Virus record (IMG/VR): IMGVR_UViG_3300030102_006934
Coordinates: 248,001-312,000 of that record
DNA: 64,000 bases
Strand: one strand, 5' to 3'
Positions within the stretch are counted from its first letter, which is position 1, and each line of letters opens with the position of its first letter. The position numbers and the translations under genes are program-made. A model generated the notes under the pieces. The model searched no databases. It was not told the origin of the DNA and saw only the letters and a program-made list of their open reading frames with translations. Positions 38,507 to 48,044 of the stretch are shown here, piece by piece.

Positions 38507-38911
38507 ATGATGAGAAATAGACCAGACAATATAGTTTTCGATGAAAATAAAAAAATGTTTGATGCTAATATTAAACACTACCCCACAACCGTAGGTGGAC
38601 AAAAATTTGAGGTTCTTAAGGTGGATAAATCTGATGCTTTAAAAGCTGACAAATACTTTAATAAAAGATTAGGTGAATTAAAAGAAGAGTGGGATAAATT
38701 AGTGGGTGAGTACGAGTCTACCAAACTTATTTATGATACCACCTATAACTTTCAGCCCATATTGGGTGAGGTTTACCATATTTATAGAACTAATAACGAT
38801 AAAACCTTTCTTAGTTTAATTAACCCTAATGAATGGGATAAAGAACACTTAGGTTCTTATAGGTTAAACACAAACGGTACTTGGGAAGAAGTTGATTATG
38901 GAAATACCTAG
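38507..38911 (+). CDS. DUF2452-like protein
   Basis: YNFQPILGEVYHIY..FLSLINPNEW motif. Confidence 0.65.
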   Translation: MMRNRPDNIVFDENKKMFDANIKHYPTTVGGQKFEVLKVDKSDALKADKYFNKRLGELKEEWDKLVGEYESTKLIYDTTYNFQPILGEVYHIYRTNNDKTFLSLINPNEWDKEHLGSYRLNTNGTWEEVDYGNT

Positions 38912-39524
38912 AAAATTAAAAGATGAGATTTGGGAATATTGTAGATTAAATGATATAACCGACATTGATGCTTTTATAATCAATTCTACACAACAAGGGT
39001 TTAATATTGAGAAGTATGGTACCACACCTTTTAAAATAGGTGGGGACCCTGAAGTTATAGAAAAAGAGGTGGTAAAAGTTGTTACCGCAACAACAGAGGT
39101 TGAGGTTATAAAAGAAGTACCCATAGAGGTTGAGGTCATTAAAGAGGTAGAGAAAATAGTTGAGGTTACTATTACAGATAACGAATTAATAGATAAATTA
39201 GAGTTAGAAAAAAAAGATTTAGAGGATAAAATAGAAGACCTAAACCAAAAGGTAGACCACTTAAAAGAAGACCTAAAAAAAGAGGGTGAGAAAGTTAATG
39301 AGTTATTAGATTCTGACGCTGGTTTAATAAAATCTCTAAATCAAAAATTAAAAAACTTAGAAATAGAGTTAGAGTTAGAGAAAAATAGGCATAAAAAACC
39401 TAAAAAAAGAGAAAAAAACAAAGAAGACGACAAAAGAAAACCAAGATTCGGTAATATCATCAACTGGGTACCTCAATCTGAAAGAGAAGAAGGGGATGAA
39501 AATTTAGATTTATATGGGGAATAA
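38898..39524 (+). CDS. Coiled-coil protein with VEVIKEV repeats
   Basis: EVEVIKEVPIEVEVIKEVEKIVEV followed by heptads; ATG at 38898. Confidence 0.65.
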   Translation: MEIPRKLKDEIWEYCRLNDITDIDAFIINSTQQGFNIEKYGTTPFKIGGDPEVIEKEVVKVVTATTEVEVIKEVPIEVEVIKEVEKIVEVTITDNELIDKLELEKKDLEDKIEDLNQKVDHLKEDLKKEGEKVNELLDSDAGLIKSLNQKLKNLEIELELEKNRHKKPKKREKNKEDDKRKPRFGNIINWVPQSEREEGDENLDLYGE

Positions 39525-39527
39525 TTA

Positions 39528-39812
39528 TTAATCCATTACTAATCCATGACTACATATTATTTCTCTCATAAGTGTTTTTTTGATTTCAGAGAACTCAATA
39601 TCTAAATCACCATCAACTATTGTTGTAGAATCGTAAACGTAAATACCTAAGTTATTTAATAATTCAAAATTAAATTCCCAAGCTATTGTTGATATTGTTA
39701 TCTTACCACCTTCTATAACGGTGTTTATTGATTTGTTTTCTACCATAGATGAAACTTTTTCTACCATTTTAGGTAAACTCATCGTCTTCATGGTCTTTTT
39801 TTTTAAGAGCAT
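39528..39812 (-). CDS. Hypothetical protein (counter-oriented)
   Basis: Fills the intergenic gap; ATATTTATT on the minus strand at 39843-39851; true start may be 39791. Confidence 0.55.
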   Translation of the reverse strand: MLLKKKTMKTMSLPKMVEKVSSMVENKSINTVIEGGKITISTIAWEFNFELLNNLGIYVYDSTTIVDGDLDIEFSEIKKTLMREIICSHGLVMD

Positions 39813-39860
39813 TTATTTAATTAAAATAAATGTTTATATTTCAATAAATATAGTAACCAT

Positions 39861-42236
39861 ATGGAAAAAACATTAGAACTAACAAAGGTTGACATACCCT
39901 CAAAAGCTAAAGTCAGAGTTTTATGGGAGGATAATCCAGAGAATTATACACAAGAAAAAGCTAAGTTGGTACATAGGTATTTTAGTGAAAAATACAATAA
40001 TTTGAACGTACAAGTGGTTTTTAAACCTAAAAAGATTGTTACAAAAGATGGTGAAGTCGAAATGACTGTGGCTGATAATGTCATGGACCCCACCTATCAA
40101 AGAAAATTATTCAAAAAGTGGTTGGAAAACACTAACATAGAAGTAGATTGGGATAGAATAATAAGACTAGATACTAAGGTTAATGAGAAACTTTCTCAAA
40201 AAAGAGAAACTGATTATAGGTATAGGAACTGGGCAATTAAAGAATTAGAATGGTCAAATTTTTTATCTTATGGTGATAATAATAAAATATCTTTTAAAGA
40301 GCTAGAGGGTATTACAGTTATCACATCTAACCCATTAAATATGGGTGGTAAAACTACGTTAGCTTTGGACTTATTATTATTTCTATTTTTTAACACGACA
40401 ACTAAAGGCAGCACGGCATCAAAAATGTTCAACCTATTTAGAGATAAAAATGAGGTTTCGGTTAAGGGTACTGTAGAAATAGACGGTGTTGATTATGTAA
40501 TTGAAAGGGTTGTAACTAGAAAATTAAAAAAAGACAAAATAAACTATAACACTAGGACCGATTTATCTTTTCATAGAATATTACCAGACAACACAATTGA
40601 AAATTTAGAAGGTGAACAAAGGCGAGAAACAGAAGAATTTATTAAAAAATCTATAGGTTCTGTTGATGATTTCTTATTAACTATTATAGCTGATTCTGAT
40701 AACCTAGAGGACATAATACACACTAAACCAACCGAAAAAGGTAGAATATTATCTAGATTTATCGGTTTAGAAGTTATCGAAGACAAAGAAAGCATAGTTA
40801 AAGAAATGAAAAGTAATTGGTCCAAAGGATTAAAATCAGACCAATATAATATTTTAGATTTAAAATCTGAAATAAAAAAATTAAAAACCACTATAGAAGA
40901 AAATCACAAAACTGTAACCGATAACGAAAAAGATATTTTAAAAATAAATTCTGATATTAAAAAATCTATACAGAAAAAAGAGGTTTTAATTGGTAAAAAA
41001 ATTAATATAGACGAGGAAGTAATAAATCTTAGGGAAGAGGATATTGATAGGGAAATAGACTCCATTAACAAAAATGGTATTAAGAAAAAGAAAGAGTATG
41101 AAGAAGTTAAAAAAATATTTGATTCAATAGAAGAGCCCAACTACGATGAAGATTACCATAATGAACAAATTAAATCAGAGAGAGAACTTACCTTGGAGTT
41201 AAGTATTTTAAATTCTAAGATAGATGTAGTTTTAGAACGTATAAAAAACTTAGAAGAAGGTGAGTTTTGTTCATTATGTGGACAAGCTTTAGCTGATGTA
41301 GACCACTCAGAAGAAATAAAAGAAAATAAAAATAACTTAAAAAAAATGAAGTCCGAACATACTAAATTAGTGGATGAAATTGGGAAAACTAATCAGCTTG
41401 TAATAGAGCAGGATAACTTAAAAAATTCTGTATCAGAGTATGATAGAACTTCTTTAAAGGTAGATAAGTTAGACTTAGATTTGGAAAAATTAAGAATAGA
41501 AAGAAAAGAAAAAATGTCCCTAAAAAAGAGGTATGTGGATAATATTGATAATATAGAAGCAAATAAAACTCTTGATAGTAAAATATTAGGTTACAACACA
41601 AAAATATCTAACCTAGAATTAGATAAGACTGTTAAAATAAAGTTAAATGAACGTTTGATTAGTGAGAATTCACAAAACGAAATGGAGATAAATAAAAAAG
41701 AAGAATATATTAAAACAATTAAATCTGAAGAAGAAATAAAAACCATTTTTGAAATTTATCAAAGGATGGTCGGTAAAAACGGAATTTTAAAAATGGTGAT
41801 GAAGAGTGTTATGCCTATGATAAATTCTGAATTAGATAGGTTATTGATAGATACCGCACCATTTAAGTTAGAGGTTGAGATTAATGATAAAAAAGAGGTT
41901 GAGTTTATTGTTATAAAAAATGGTGATAATGATGGTGTCATCAGATACCCACTAAATGAGTGTAGTGGTTTTGAAAAAACGGTTTCATCATTGGCTTTAA
42001 GATGTGTTATGACCAAAGTTAGTTGTTTACCAAAACCTAATATAGTAGTTTTTGATGAGGTTTTTGGTAAGGTAGCAAATTCTAATTTAGAACTTATTGG
42101 TAACTTCTTTCAGAAATGTTCAGAAATGTTCCCAAATATATTTTTAATTACCCATAACGAAATGGTTAAAGATTGGTCTAATAAAATATTAACTATCAAT
42201 AAAAGTAACAACATATCCTCTTTGTTATTAAAATAA
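39861..42236 (+). CDS. Rad50/SbcC/gp46-like ABC ATPase with N-terminal extension
   Basis: NFLSYG, NMGGKTT, long coiled coils with a CSLC hook, CSGFEK signature, VVFDEVF, LITH. Confidence 0.9.
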   Translation: MEKTLELTKVDIPSKAKVRVLWEDNPENYTQEKAKLVHRYFSEKYNNLNVQVVFKPKKIVTKDGEVEMTVADNVMDPTYQRKLFKKWLENTNIEVDWDRIIRLDTKVNEKLSQKRETDYRYRNWAIKELEWSNFLSYGDNNKISFKELEGITVITSNPLNMGGKTTLALDLLLFLFFNTTTKGSTASKMFNLFRDKNEVSVKGTVEIDGVDYVIERVVTRKLKKDKINYNTRTDLSFHRILPDNTIENLEGEQRRETEEFIKKSIGSVDDFLLTIIADSDNLEDIIHTKPTEKGRILSRFIGLEVIEDKESIVKEMKSNWSKGLKSDQYNILDLKSEIKKLKTTIEENHKTVTDNEKDILKINSDIKKSIQKKEVLIGKKINIDEEVINLREEDIDREIDSINKNGIKKKKEYEEVKKIFDSIEEPNYDEDYHNEQIKSERELTLELSILNSKIDVVLERIKNLEEGEFCSLCGQALADVDHSEEIKENKNNLKKMKSEHTKLVDEIGKTNQLVIEQDNLKNSVSEYDRTSLKVDKLDLDLEKLRIERKEKMSLKKRYVDNIDNIEANKTLDSKILGYNTKISNLELDKTVKIKLNERLISENSQNEMEINKKEEYIKTIKSEEEIKTIFEIYQRMVGKNGILKMVMKSVMPMINSELDRLLIDTAPFKLEVEINDKKEVEFIVIKNGDNDGVIRYPLNECSGFEKTVSSLALRCVMTKVSCLPKPNIVVFDEVFGKVANSNLELIGNFFQKCSEMFPNIFLITHNEMVKDWSNKILTINKSNNISSLLLK

Positions 42237-42265
42237 TATTATTATATTTGTTAAAAAAAAGATAG

Positions 42266-42697
42266 ATGGAAAAAAAATATAGGTATTTATTAATTTTAAT
42301 AGGTTCTAGTAAAAATATAGAAGATGACTTAAATCAGGTATCAATACCAGAAGAAACGGTTAATTTTGTTGATGGAAACGGAATATTTATGGCAACCTTC
42401 TATAGTAGGTATCAAACGGATGAATTATATAATTTATTAGCTCATAGAGAAGCGTATCTACTTTTTAGTATTGATGATTTTACAACTTATGGCGTCAACC
42501 TGCCAAGAAAATTTTACAAAGGACTATTTCCAGAAATAGAAAAAATAATACCAAACGTAGAAAAAATAATGACAAAACCCACTGAAACTGAGGGTGAATT
42601 AACCGATATAAACGATATACTAGATAAGTTAAGTAAAAACGATTTTGACACCTCCTGTTTAACAAAATCAGAATTAAAAATATTAAATAATGTTTAA
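42266..42697 (+). CDS. Hypothetical protein
   Basis: 143 aa; TATATTTG at 42243-42250. Confidence 0.65.
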   Translation: MEKKYRYLLILIGSSKNIEDDLNQVSIPEETVNFVDGNGIFMATFYSRYQTDELYNLLAHREAYLLFSIDDFTTYGVNLPRKFYKGLFPEIEKIIPNVEKIMTKPTETEGELTDINDILDKLSKNDFDTSCLTKSELKILNNV

Positions 42698-42760
42698 ATT
42701 TATTTTTTAATTCAGAAAAAAACACTACATTTGTTAAAAATTAGTTAAAAAATATAAATT

Positions 42761-43138
42761 TTGGACTTTAGGTTATACGAAAAAATTATTAAAGAGGGTG
42801 AAAAAATAGATTGGTATGGTACTGAGGTACCGAAAGATTTGATAAATAAAAAAGTTATTTTTATATCTGAAAATCTACACAAAGAAATAGATGATTTAAA
42901 ATCAAAATTATTAAATACTAGAGGTAGTGGCTTTGATAAGATGGAACATTACATAAAAGCACTAGAAAATAACCTAAAGAACCTACCCTATAGTTTAAAT
43001 GGTGATTGTTATTTGAAAAAGAAAAAAATTATTGAACAATCCATACAAGAAAAACAACCTAAACAAACAAAAACAAGTAAAAAAAAGGTGAAAAAGACTA
43101 AGAATAGTAACATAATATTTGGTAATAAAACAAAATAA
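42761..43138 (+). CDS. Hypothetical protein
   Basis: TTG-start ORF after TACATTTG (42726-42733). Confidence 0.55.
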   Translation: MDFRLYEKIIKEGEKIDWYGTEVPKDLINKKVIFISENLHKEIDDLKSKLLNTRGSGFDKMEHYIKALENNLKNLPYSLNGDCYLKKKKIIEQSIQEKQPKQTKTSKKKVKKTKNSNIIFGNKTK

Positions 43139-43142
43139 AAAT

Positions 43143-43958
43143 ATGGTAACCAACAAAAAATATATTGACCAATCAGAAGAGTCGATATCTAAATACCTAA
43201 AAGAGGTTAGAAAGACAAATACACTAACACCAGAAGAAGAGGTTGTTATAACTAAAAAAATATTTGAGGGGGATGAGTCTCAAATTGAGTTGTTAGTAAA
43301 AGCAAATCTCAGATTTGTTATATCTATAGCTAAAGAGTATCAAGGACAAGGAATACCTTTAGTAGATTTAATAAATGAGGGTAATTACGGCTTAATAAAA
43401 GCTGCTAAAAAATTCGACTATACTAGAGGTTTTAGATTTATTTCTTACGCCGTTTGGTGGATTAGACAATCTATTCTACAATCATTATCTGATAATAGTA
43501 GAACAGTTAGATTACCAGTAAACATAACTAACCAACTATCTAAAATTAGAAAAGAGATAGCACAGTTTGAACAAGAAAATCAAAGAAAACCAATCCATGG
43601 TGAGATGGACCTATCTGTTTTAAACCACCCAACATGTGGATCTTTAAATGATAAGGTAAATGAAGATGGTGATGAAGTTTTAGATTTAGTGGAAGACACT
43701 TCTTTCGAGAGACCAGACTCTGACTTTTATAGTGATGATATTTTGAAAAAAAATATAGAAAAAACACTAAGTATTTTATCTGATAGGGAGAAAACAATAA
43801 TAAACATGTATTTCGGTATAGATGGTAGTCCAATGACCTTAGAACAGATTGGTGAAGAATATGATCTAACGAAAGAAAGGATTAGACAAATAAAAGAAAA
43901 GAGTTTACGTAAACTTAGATCCAATTGTGATAACCTTTTCGATTTTGTGTACAAGTAA
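43143..43958 (+). CDS. RNA polymerase sigma70 factor, Bacteroidota primary-sigma-like
   Basis: YLKEV..LTPEEE, ANLRFVISIAKEY, DLINEGN.GLIKAA..FD..GFRFISYAVWWIRQSIL, RTVRLP, region 4 TLEQIG..LTKERIRQIKEK. Confidence 0.92.
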   Translation: MVTNKKYIDQSEESISKYLKEVRKTNTLTPEEEVVITKKIFEGDESQIELLVKANLRFVISIAKEYQGQGIPLVDLINEGNYGLIKAAKKFDYTRGFRFISYAVWWIRQSILQSLSDNSRTVRLPVNITNQLSKIRKEIAQFEQENQRKPIHGEMDLSVLNHPTCGSLNDKVNEDGDEVLDLVEDTSFERPDSDFYSDDILKKNIEKTLSILSDREKTIINMYFGIDGSPMTLEQIGEEYDLTKERIRQIKEKSLRKLRSNCDNLFDFVYK

Positions 43959-43990
43959 TTTGTAATAACATTTTAAAGTGTTGAAAATTA

Positions 43991-44019
43991 AACCACGGTG
44001 TAGTAATCGTGGTTTTTTT
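43991..44019 (+). terminator. Rho-independent terminator
   Basis: AACCACGG..TCGTGGTT followed by a T run. Confidence 0.8.
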
Positions 44020-44094
44020 ATTTTACAAATATTTATAATAGAAATAAAGTATATACTTTCAGAGAAAAGTAATTAATTTAAAAGAAAAATATTT

Positions 44095-44394
44095 ATGAAA
44101 AAGATAGTTAGTTTTATCGATGAGTGGGGTTCTAGAATTATTTTCCCCCTAGTTATTATCATGTTCTTTAAAACATGTACAACAAATAATAACATACAAA
44201 GTACAGAATCTAGATTAAAGGAAGATATAACCAAAGTAGATAGTTTAATTAAAAAAATAAATGAAAATTATGTTACCAAAGAAAAGATGGTAGATTTATT
44301 GAAAACTACACCTAATTGGAAAACTTTGGAATTAGAGGAATTGTCGGACAAGAATAGAATACCGATCAATAAGTTAAAAAACGATGAAGAATGA
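44095..44394 (+). CDS. N-terminally anchored coiled-coil membrane protein (lysis cassette?)
   Basis: IIFPLVIIMFFKTC hydrophobic segment followed by a coiled coil. Confidence 0.55.
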   Translation: MKKIVSFIDEWGSRIIFPLVIIMFFKTCTTNNNIQSTESRLKEDITKVDSLIKKINENYVTKEKMVDLLKTTPNWKTLELEELSDKNRIPINKLKNDEE

Positions 44395-45065
44395 AAACCA
44401 TCTTAAGTTGGGTTAAAAATAACCCCAATAGGTCTATGTTCCTTCTACCAATCATATTGGTAGCTTTAATATCAATATCACACGTAGTATCATGGTATGA
44501 AATGACAAACCCAATTACTTGGGCTATATACCTATCTGTAGCTATAGAGGTTGGTGCGATTACAGCTCTAGTTGCTGCAACAAATAAGATAAAGGGTGGT
44601 ATATGGTTTATGTTTGGTGTAGTAACTTTTATACAAATGGTGGGTAATATTTTCTACTCATTTAAAGAAATTGATGCTAATGGTGACTTATTCATTTCTT
44701 GGGTAGAATTGACGGGTCCAGTTTGGGAGTTGGTAGGTACAGATATTACAGACATAACCGCCATGAAGAGATGGTTAGCTTTCTTAGAGGGTGGTTTATT
44801 ACCTGTTATATCTTTAACTTCATTACACTTTTTCGTTAAATATGAAAAATCAGAAGAAGAAGTGCAAAAGGTGATAACTAAAGATTCTAAATCTGTGGTG
44901 GAAGATAGAAAAGATGAAGAGAAACCAAAAGTAGAAAAGTCAGAAGAGAAAGAAGTTACAGAAAAATCTATTGAAATGGTTAAAAGACCGAAAAAGATAA
45001 CCCCAAATGAAATCAAAAAAAAGGGTAAATCTATTAAAAAAAATAATATAATAAATAGGCTGTAG
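44391..45065 (+). CDS. Multi-pass membrane protein, holin candidate
   Basis: About 4 hydrophobic segments and a charged C-tail; directly upstream of the amidase-like gene. Confidence 0.5.
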   Translation: MKTILSWVKNNPNRSMFLLPIILVALISISHVVSWYEMTNPITWAIYLSVAIEVGAITALVAATNKIKGGIWFMFGVVTFIQMVGNIFYSFKEIDANGDLFISWVELTGPVWELVGTDITDITAMKRWLAFLEGGLLPVISLTSLHFFVKYEKSEEEVQKVITKDSKSVVEDRKDEEKPKVEKSEEKEVTEKSIEMVKRPKKITPNEIKKKGKSIKKNNIINRL

Positions 45066-45661
45066 TGACTATAGATAAAAAAAAATATAAATTAAATGAT
45101 TCTAATTATTATGACCATGTTTATGAAAAAACACAAATAGTTATTGGTCACAATAGTAGAAAAGACATGAGACATGTGGAGGGTTGGTCCAGAAGAGATT
45201 TCGGTAATTATAAAAGAACAGCTTCCCATAGTATTGATAGAGATGGGAAAGTATACCAACACTTTGACCCTAAATACTATTCGGACTTCATAGGTCATGA
45301 ACAAGATAAATGCTCAATATCCATATGTTTAGTTAATGTGGGTTGGTTAAAGTATAATGATTTCCTTAAAAACTACACCGATTGGTTAGGTCATACTTAT
45401 AGTTCTAAAAATAAACTAGTAAAAAAGTCTTGGAGAAATAAAGATTTTTGGTTTCCTTATACAAAAAAACAAGAAGTCTCACTACTTAAACTTTTAGATA
45501 AATTGTGTGAAGATTTTAATATAGAAAGAGATTTCATAGGTAATAATGTTTATAACGAAAATGCAGATATTTATAAAGGAATAGTGTTTAGAAGCAACTA
45601 TGACATTAAATTAACAGACGTTAGTCCAGCTTTTAACATGGACGCATTAAAAACAATATAG
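45065..45661 (+). CDS. N-acetylmuramoyl-L-alanine amidase-like protein (degenerate active site)
   Basis: QIVIGHN, SHSIDRDGKVYQHFDP, SISICLVN, YT..QE.SL..L, DVSPAF. Confidence 0.7.
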   Translation: MTIDKKKYKLNDSNYYDHVYEKTQIVIGHNSRKDMRHVEGWSRRDFGNYKRTASHSIDRDGKVYQHFDPKYYSDFIGHEQDKCSISICLVNVGWLKYNDFLKNYTDWLGHTYSSKNKLVKKSWRNKDFWFPYTKKQEVSLLKLLDKLCEDFNIERDFIGNNVYNENADIYKGIVFRSNYDIKLTDVSPAFNMDALKTI

Positions 45662-45663
45662 AA

Positions 45664-46206
45664 ATGGATGAAAGAGAATTCTTAAAAAAGATAAGAACAA
45701 TACAAGAAAGTGATAATAAAATTAGTCTCACAGATTTTCCAGTAAATAAATTGGACGGAACAGTAAATGTTGCTAGATTAATAAGTGAAGAGTCAGAACC
45801 ATTAAAACTTCTAAGAGAAGATGTTCAAACATTAGAAGCTCAAGAACAAAAAGAAGAAGAAAATAAATTTAAAGATATAGTTTCTAAACTTGTAAAATTT
45901 GAACCTATTAAAGTTTATCCAGAAAACGTTGAGTGGTCGGGTCATTTAATTAGAGAAAAAGTTGATTGGACCTTTTCTTTGGATGATACAACTGGTTGTT
46001 ATATATACACAACTGAATTAATACAGTTAAGAGATGAAACATTAGAAGTGTTGAAAAAGTTGAGGGGTTACTACGATGTTTGGGCAGATGAATGGTCTTC
46101 TAGACTCACAGGATTACCAACAGAAGAAAGTGGTGAAGAAGTTTTAGATGACACAACAGATACTGGTTTTGGTGAAGATTCTGGGTCTGAAGAAATGAGT
46201 TTTTAA
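45664..46206 (+). CDS. Hypothetical acidic protein
   Basis: 180 aa with IQE/ISE/LRE motifs. Confidence 0.6.
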   Translation: MDEREFLKKIRTIQESDNKISLTDFPVNKLDGTVNVARLISEESEPLKLLREDVQTLEAQEQKEEENKFKDIVSKLVKFEPIKVYPENVEWSGHLIREKVDWTFSLDDTTGCYIYTTELIQLRDETLEVLKKLRGYYDVWADEWSSRLTGLPTEESGEEVLDDTTDTGFGEDSGSEEMSF

Positions 46207-46997
46207 TGAATAAAAATAAATTCAAAGATACCGTACTTTATGGTTTGATAATAGTTTTAGTACTATTATTAATATTTGGTGCTTGGAGGTCTAACGTTGA
46301 GAGGAAAAAACTAGAAGAAATAATCCAAGAAGGTAATAAAATGATAGTTAAATTAGATAAAACCACAAAAGAGGGCGATGGACAATACTCAAAATTAATT
46401 AACTACTTTAACACCGAAAAAGATTTAAACAAAGAATTAAAAGAACAAAACAAAGATTTATACAATCTTATAAAAGAACAAGACGAGAAACTTTTGGTGT
46501 TAAATAATAGTATCTTATCTTTAAAGGGCCAAATAAACGAAGGTTTTGGTTCTGTAAATCAAGAAGATACTAATAAGATAGACATAGAGTTAAACTATCC
46601 CAATGACGAAGATAATTTTATAACGTGGGATGGTTACGTAAATAAACAAAGTTCATTCTATAAAGGTGAGTGGAGATTCGGTGAACTACCATTACAGGTA
46701 ATTATGACTGAGACTAATAGGGGGTTGTGGAAATCTAGATTGGTAGGACCCAAATGGTTAAAGGTTGATTCTATAGAGGTAAATAGTTTACCACTACCAA
46801 TAAAAGAGAAGAAAAGTAATCTAAGTTTAATTCTAGGTGGTGGGTATATCAAGTCCTTTAGTGACACACCAAACGCAGTTTCAATTGGTGCGGGTATAAG
46901 ATTTAAAGACCATAAATTGATCATAAATGGAACAACCAACCAATCCGTAGGCTTTAGTTATTACTATAATATATTTAATTTTAATAAAAAAAGATAA
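46206..46997 (+). CDS. N-terminal TM + coiled coil + C-terminal beta-strand protein (spanin candidate)
   Basis: YGLIIVLVLLLIFGAW, coiled coil, amphipathic strands ending VGFSYYYNIFNF. Confidence 0.5.
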   Translation: MNKNKFKDTVLYGLIIVLVLLLIFGAWRSNVERKKLEEIIQEGNKMIVKLDKTTKEGDGQYSKLINYFNTEKDLNKELKEQNKDLYNLIKEQDEKLLVLNNSILSLKGQINEGFGSVNQEDTNKIDIELNYPNDEDNFITWDGYVNKQSSFYKGEWRFGELPLQVIMTETNRGLWKSRLVGPKWLKVDSIEVNSLPLPIKEKKSNLSLILGGGYIKSFSDTPNAVSIGAGIRFKDHKLIINGTTNQSVGFSYYYNIFNFNKKR

Positions 46998-46998
46998 T

Positions 46999-47322
46999 AT
47001 GGACAAAAAGAAAATTTTTAAACTATTAAAAGAAATCAAAGACAATGACCACAAAAATATTTCTGTTTATGCTTTAAACGGTTGTCCAGCTTGTGACGAG
47101 TTAAAAAAGAAATTAAACAATATAGGTATAACATATGAAGAAATAATCATGAATGGTAATGACGATATGTGGTCAAAATTAGAAGAATGGGGTGGTAGTG
47201 ATTTTGCTCCACAAGTTAAAGTAGAAGATTACCTAATAAAAGAAGATGAATATGAAACTGTTAACGAATTAATCAGTAAAACAGTTTCTTTAGTTATAGA
47301 TAGAAGGGTGGTTTTAAAATAA
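46999..47322 (+). CDS. Glutaredoxin/NrdH-like redoxin
   Basis: VYALNGCPAC..LKKKL, APQV. Confidence 0.8.
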   Translation: MDKKKIFKLLKEIKDNDHKNISVYALNGCPACDELKKKLNNIGITYEEIIMNGNDDMWSKLEEWGGSDFAPQVKVEDYLIKEDEYETVNELISKTVSLVIDRRVVLK

Positions 47323-47356
47323 GTTTTTTTTATTTTACAATATATTTATAATAGTA

Positions 47357-47734
47357 ATGGGTTCATTAAAATTAAAAACAATCTTAGAAAAAACAAATAC
47401 AGAAAACCCTTTTGATGTAGAAAAGGAGTATGACTTATTTGAACCGAAAACAAAATCAAATGAAATAACAAAGATAGAAGACGATATCAAAGATATCAAA
47501 TCCGACATTAAAGATATTAAAAAAGATATCTTAGACTTAGCTGATGATTTAAACGATGATGTGGGTAGAATGTCTTATGTTAGACAATTAAGTGGTGAAT
47601 TCTTAGAGTATTTAAATACATTAGATACAGAACTACAAGGACAAGTAGAAACACCAGAATCAAATGAATTAATGAACAAGATAATGGGTAGGTCGGAAAG
47701 AAAAAAATATTATATGAGTAAGTTTAGGTTATAA
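47357..47734 (+). CDS. Putative head-interior protein
   Basis: ATATTTATA at 47342; ILE motif; IKDIKSDIKDIKKD coiled coil. Confidence 0.55.
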   Translation: MGSLKLKTILEKTNTENPFDVEKEYDLFEPKTKSNEITKIEDDIKDIKSDIKDIKKDILDLADDLNDDVGRMSYVRQLSGEFLEYLNTLDTELQGQVETPESNELMNKIMGRSERKKYYMSKFRL

Positions 47735-47792
47735 TTTGTTTTTTTCTATAGAAACATATATTTATTATAAAATAATCGATTATTAAAATAAA

Positions 47793-47960
47793 ATGAAAAT
47801 GGCTAAAAAAGTATTAAAGTACACAGAGGAAGAATTTGTTACTTTGTTAGAGAACATAGTAAAAAGGGTAAAAAAAGAGAACGTATTAGAAGAATCTAAT
47901 AAGTCTAGAGTTAGAGAATCTAGAAGAGGTAACTTAAGGTCTAGAAGATCTAGGAAATAG
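47793..47960 (+). CDS. 55-aa protein with Arg/Ser-rich basic tail (not in the ORF track)
   Basis: MKMAKKVLKYTEEEFVTLLENIVKRVKKENVLEESNKSRVRESRRGNLRSRRSRK; ATATTTATT upstream, terminator downstream. Confidence 0.75.
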   Translation: MKMAKKVLKYTEEEFVTLLENIVKRVKKENVLEESNKSRVRESRRGNLRSRRSRK

Positions 47961-47977
47961 TTTTATTTTTTTATTTT

Positions 47978-48009
47978 AAAAAAAGAGGGGTTAACTCCTC
48001 TTTTTTTTT
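47978..48009 (+). terminator. Rho-independent (bidirectional-looking) terminator
   Basis: AAAAAAAGAGGGG-TTAA-CTCCTCTTTTTTTTT. Confidence 0.85.
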
Positions 48010-48044
48010 GTTTATACTTTATATTTATATAATAAAATTGGGTT

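Noticed and set aside
44046-44059. Perfect 14-bp palindrome AAAGTATATACTTT upstream of the lysis-like cassette
   Set aside because: Single occurrence of nearly pure A/T sequence, plausible by chance; no second copy noticed.
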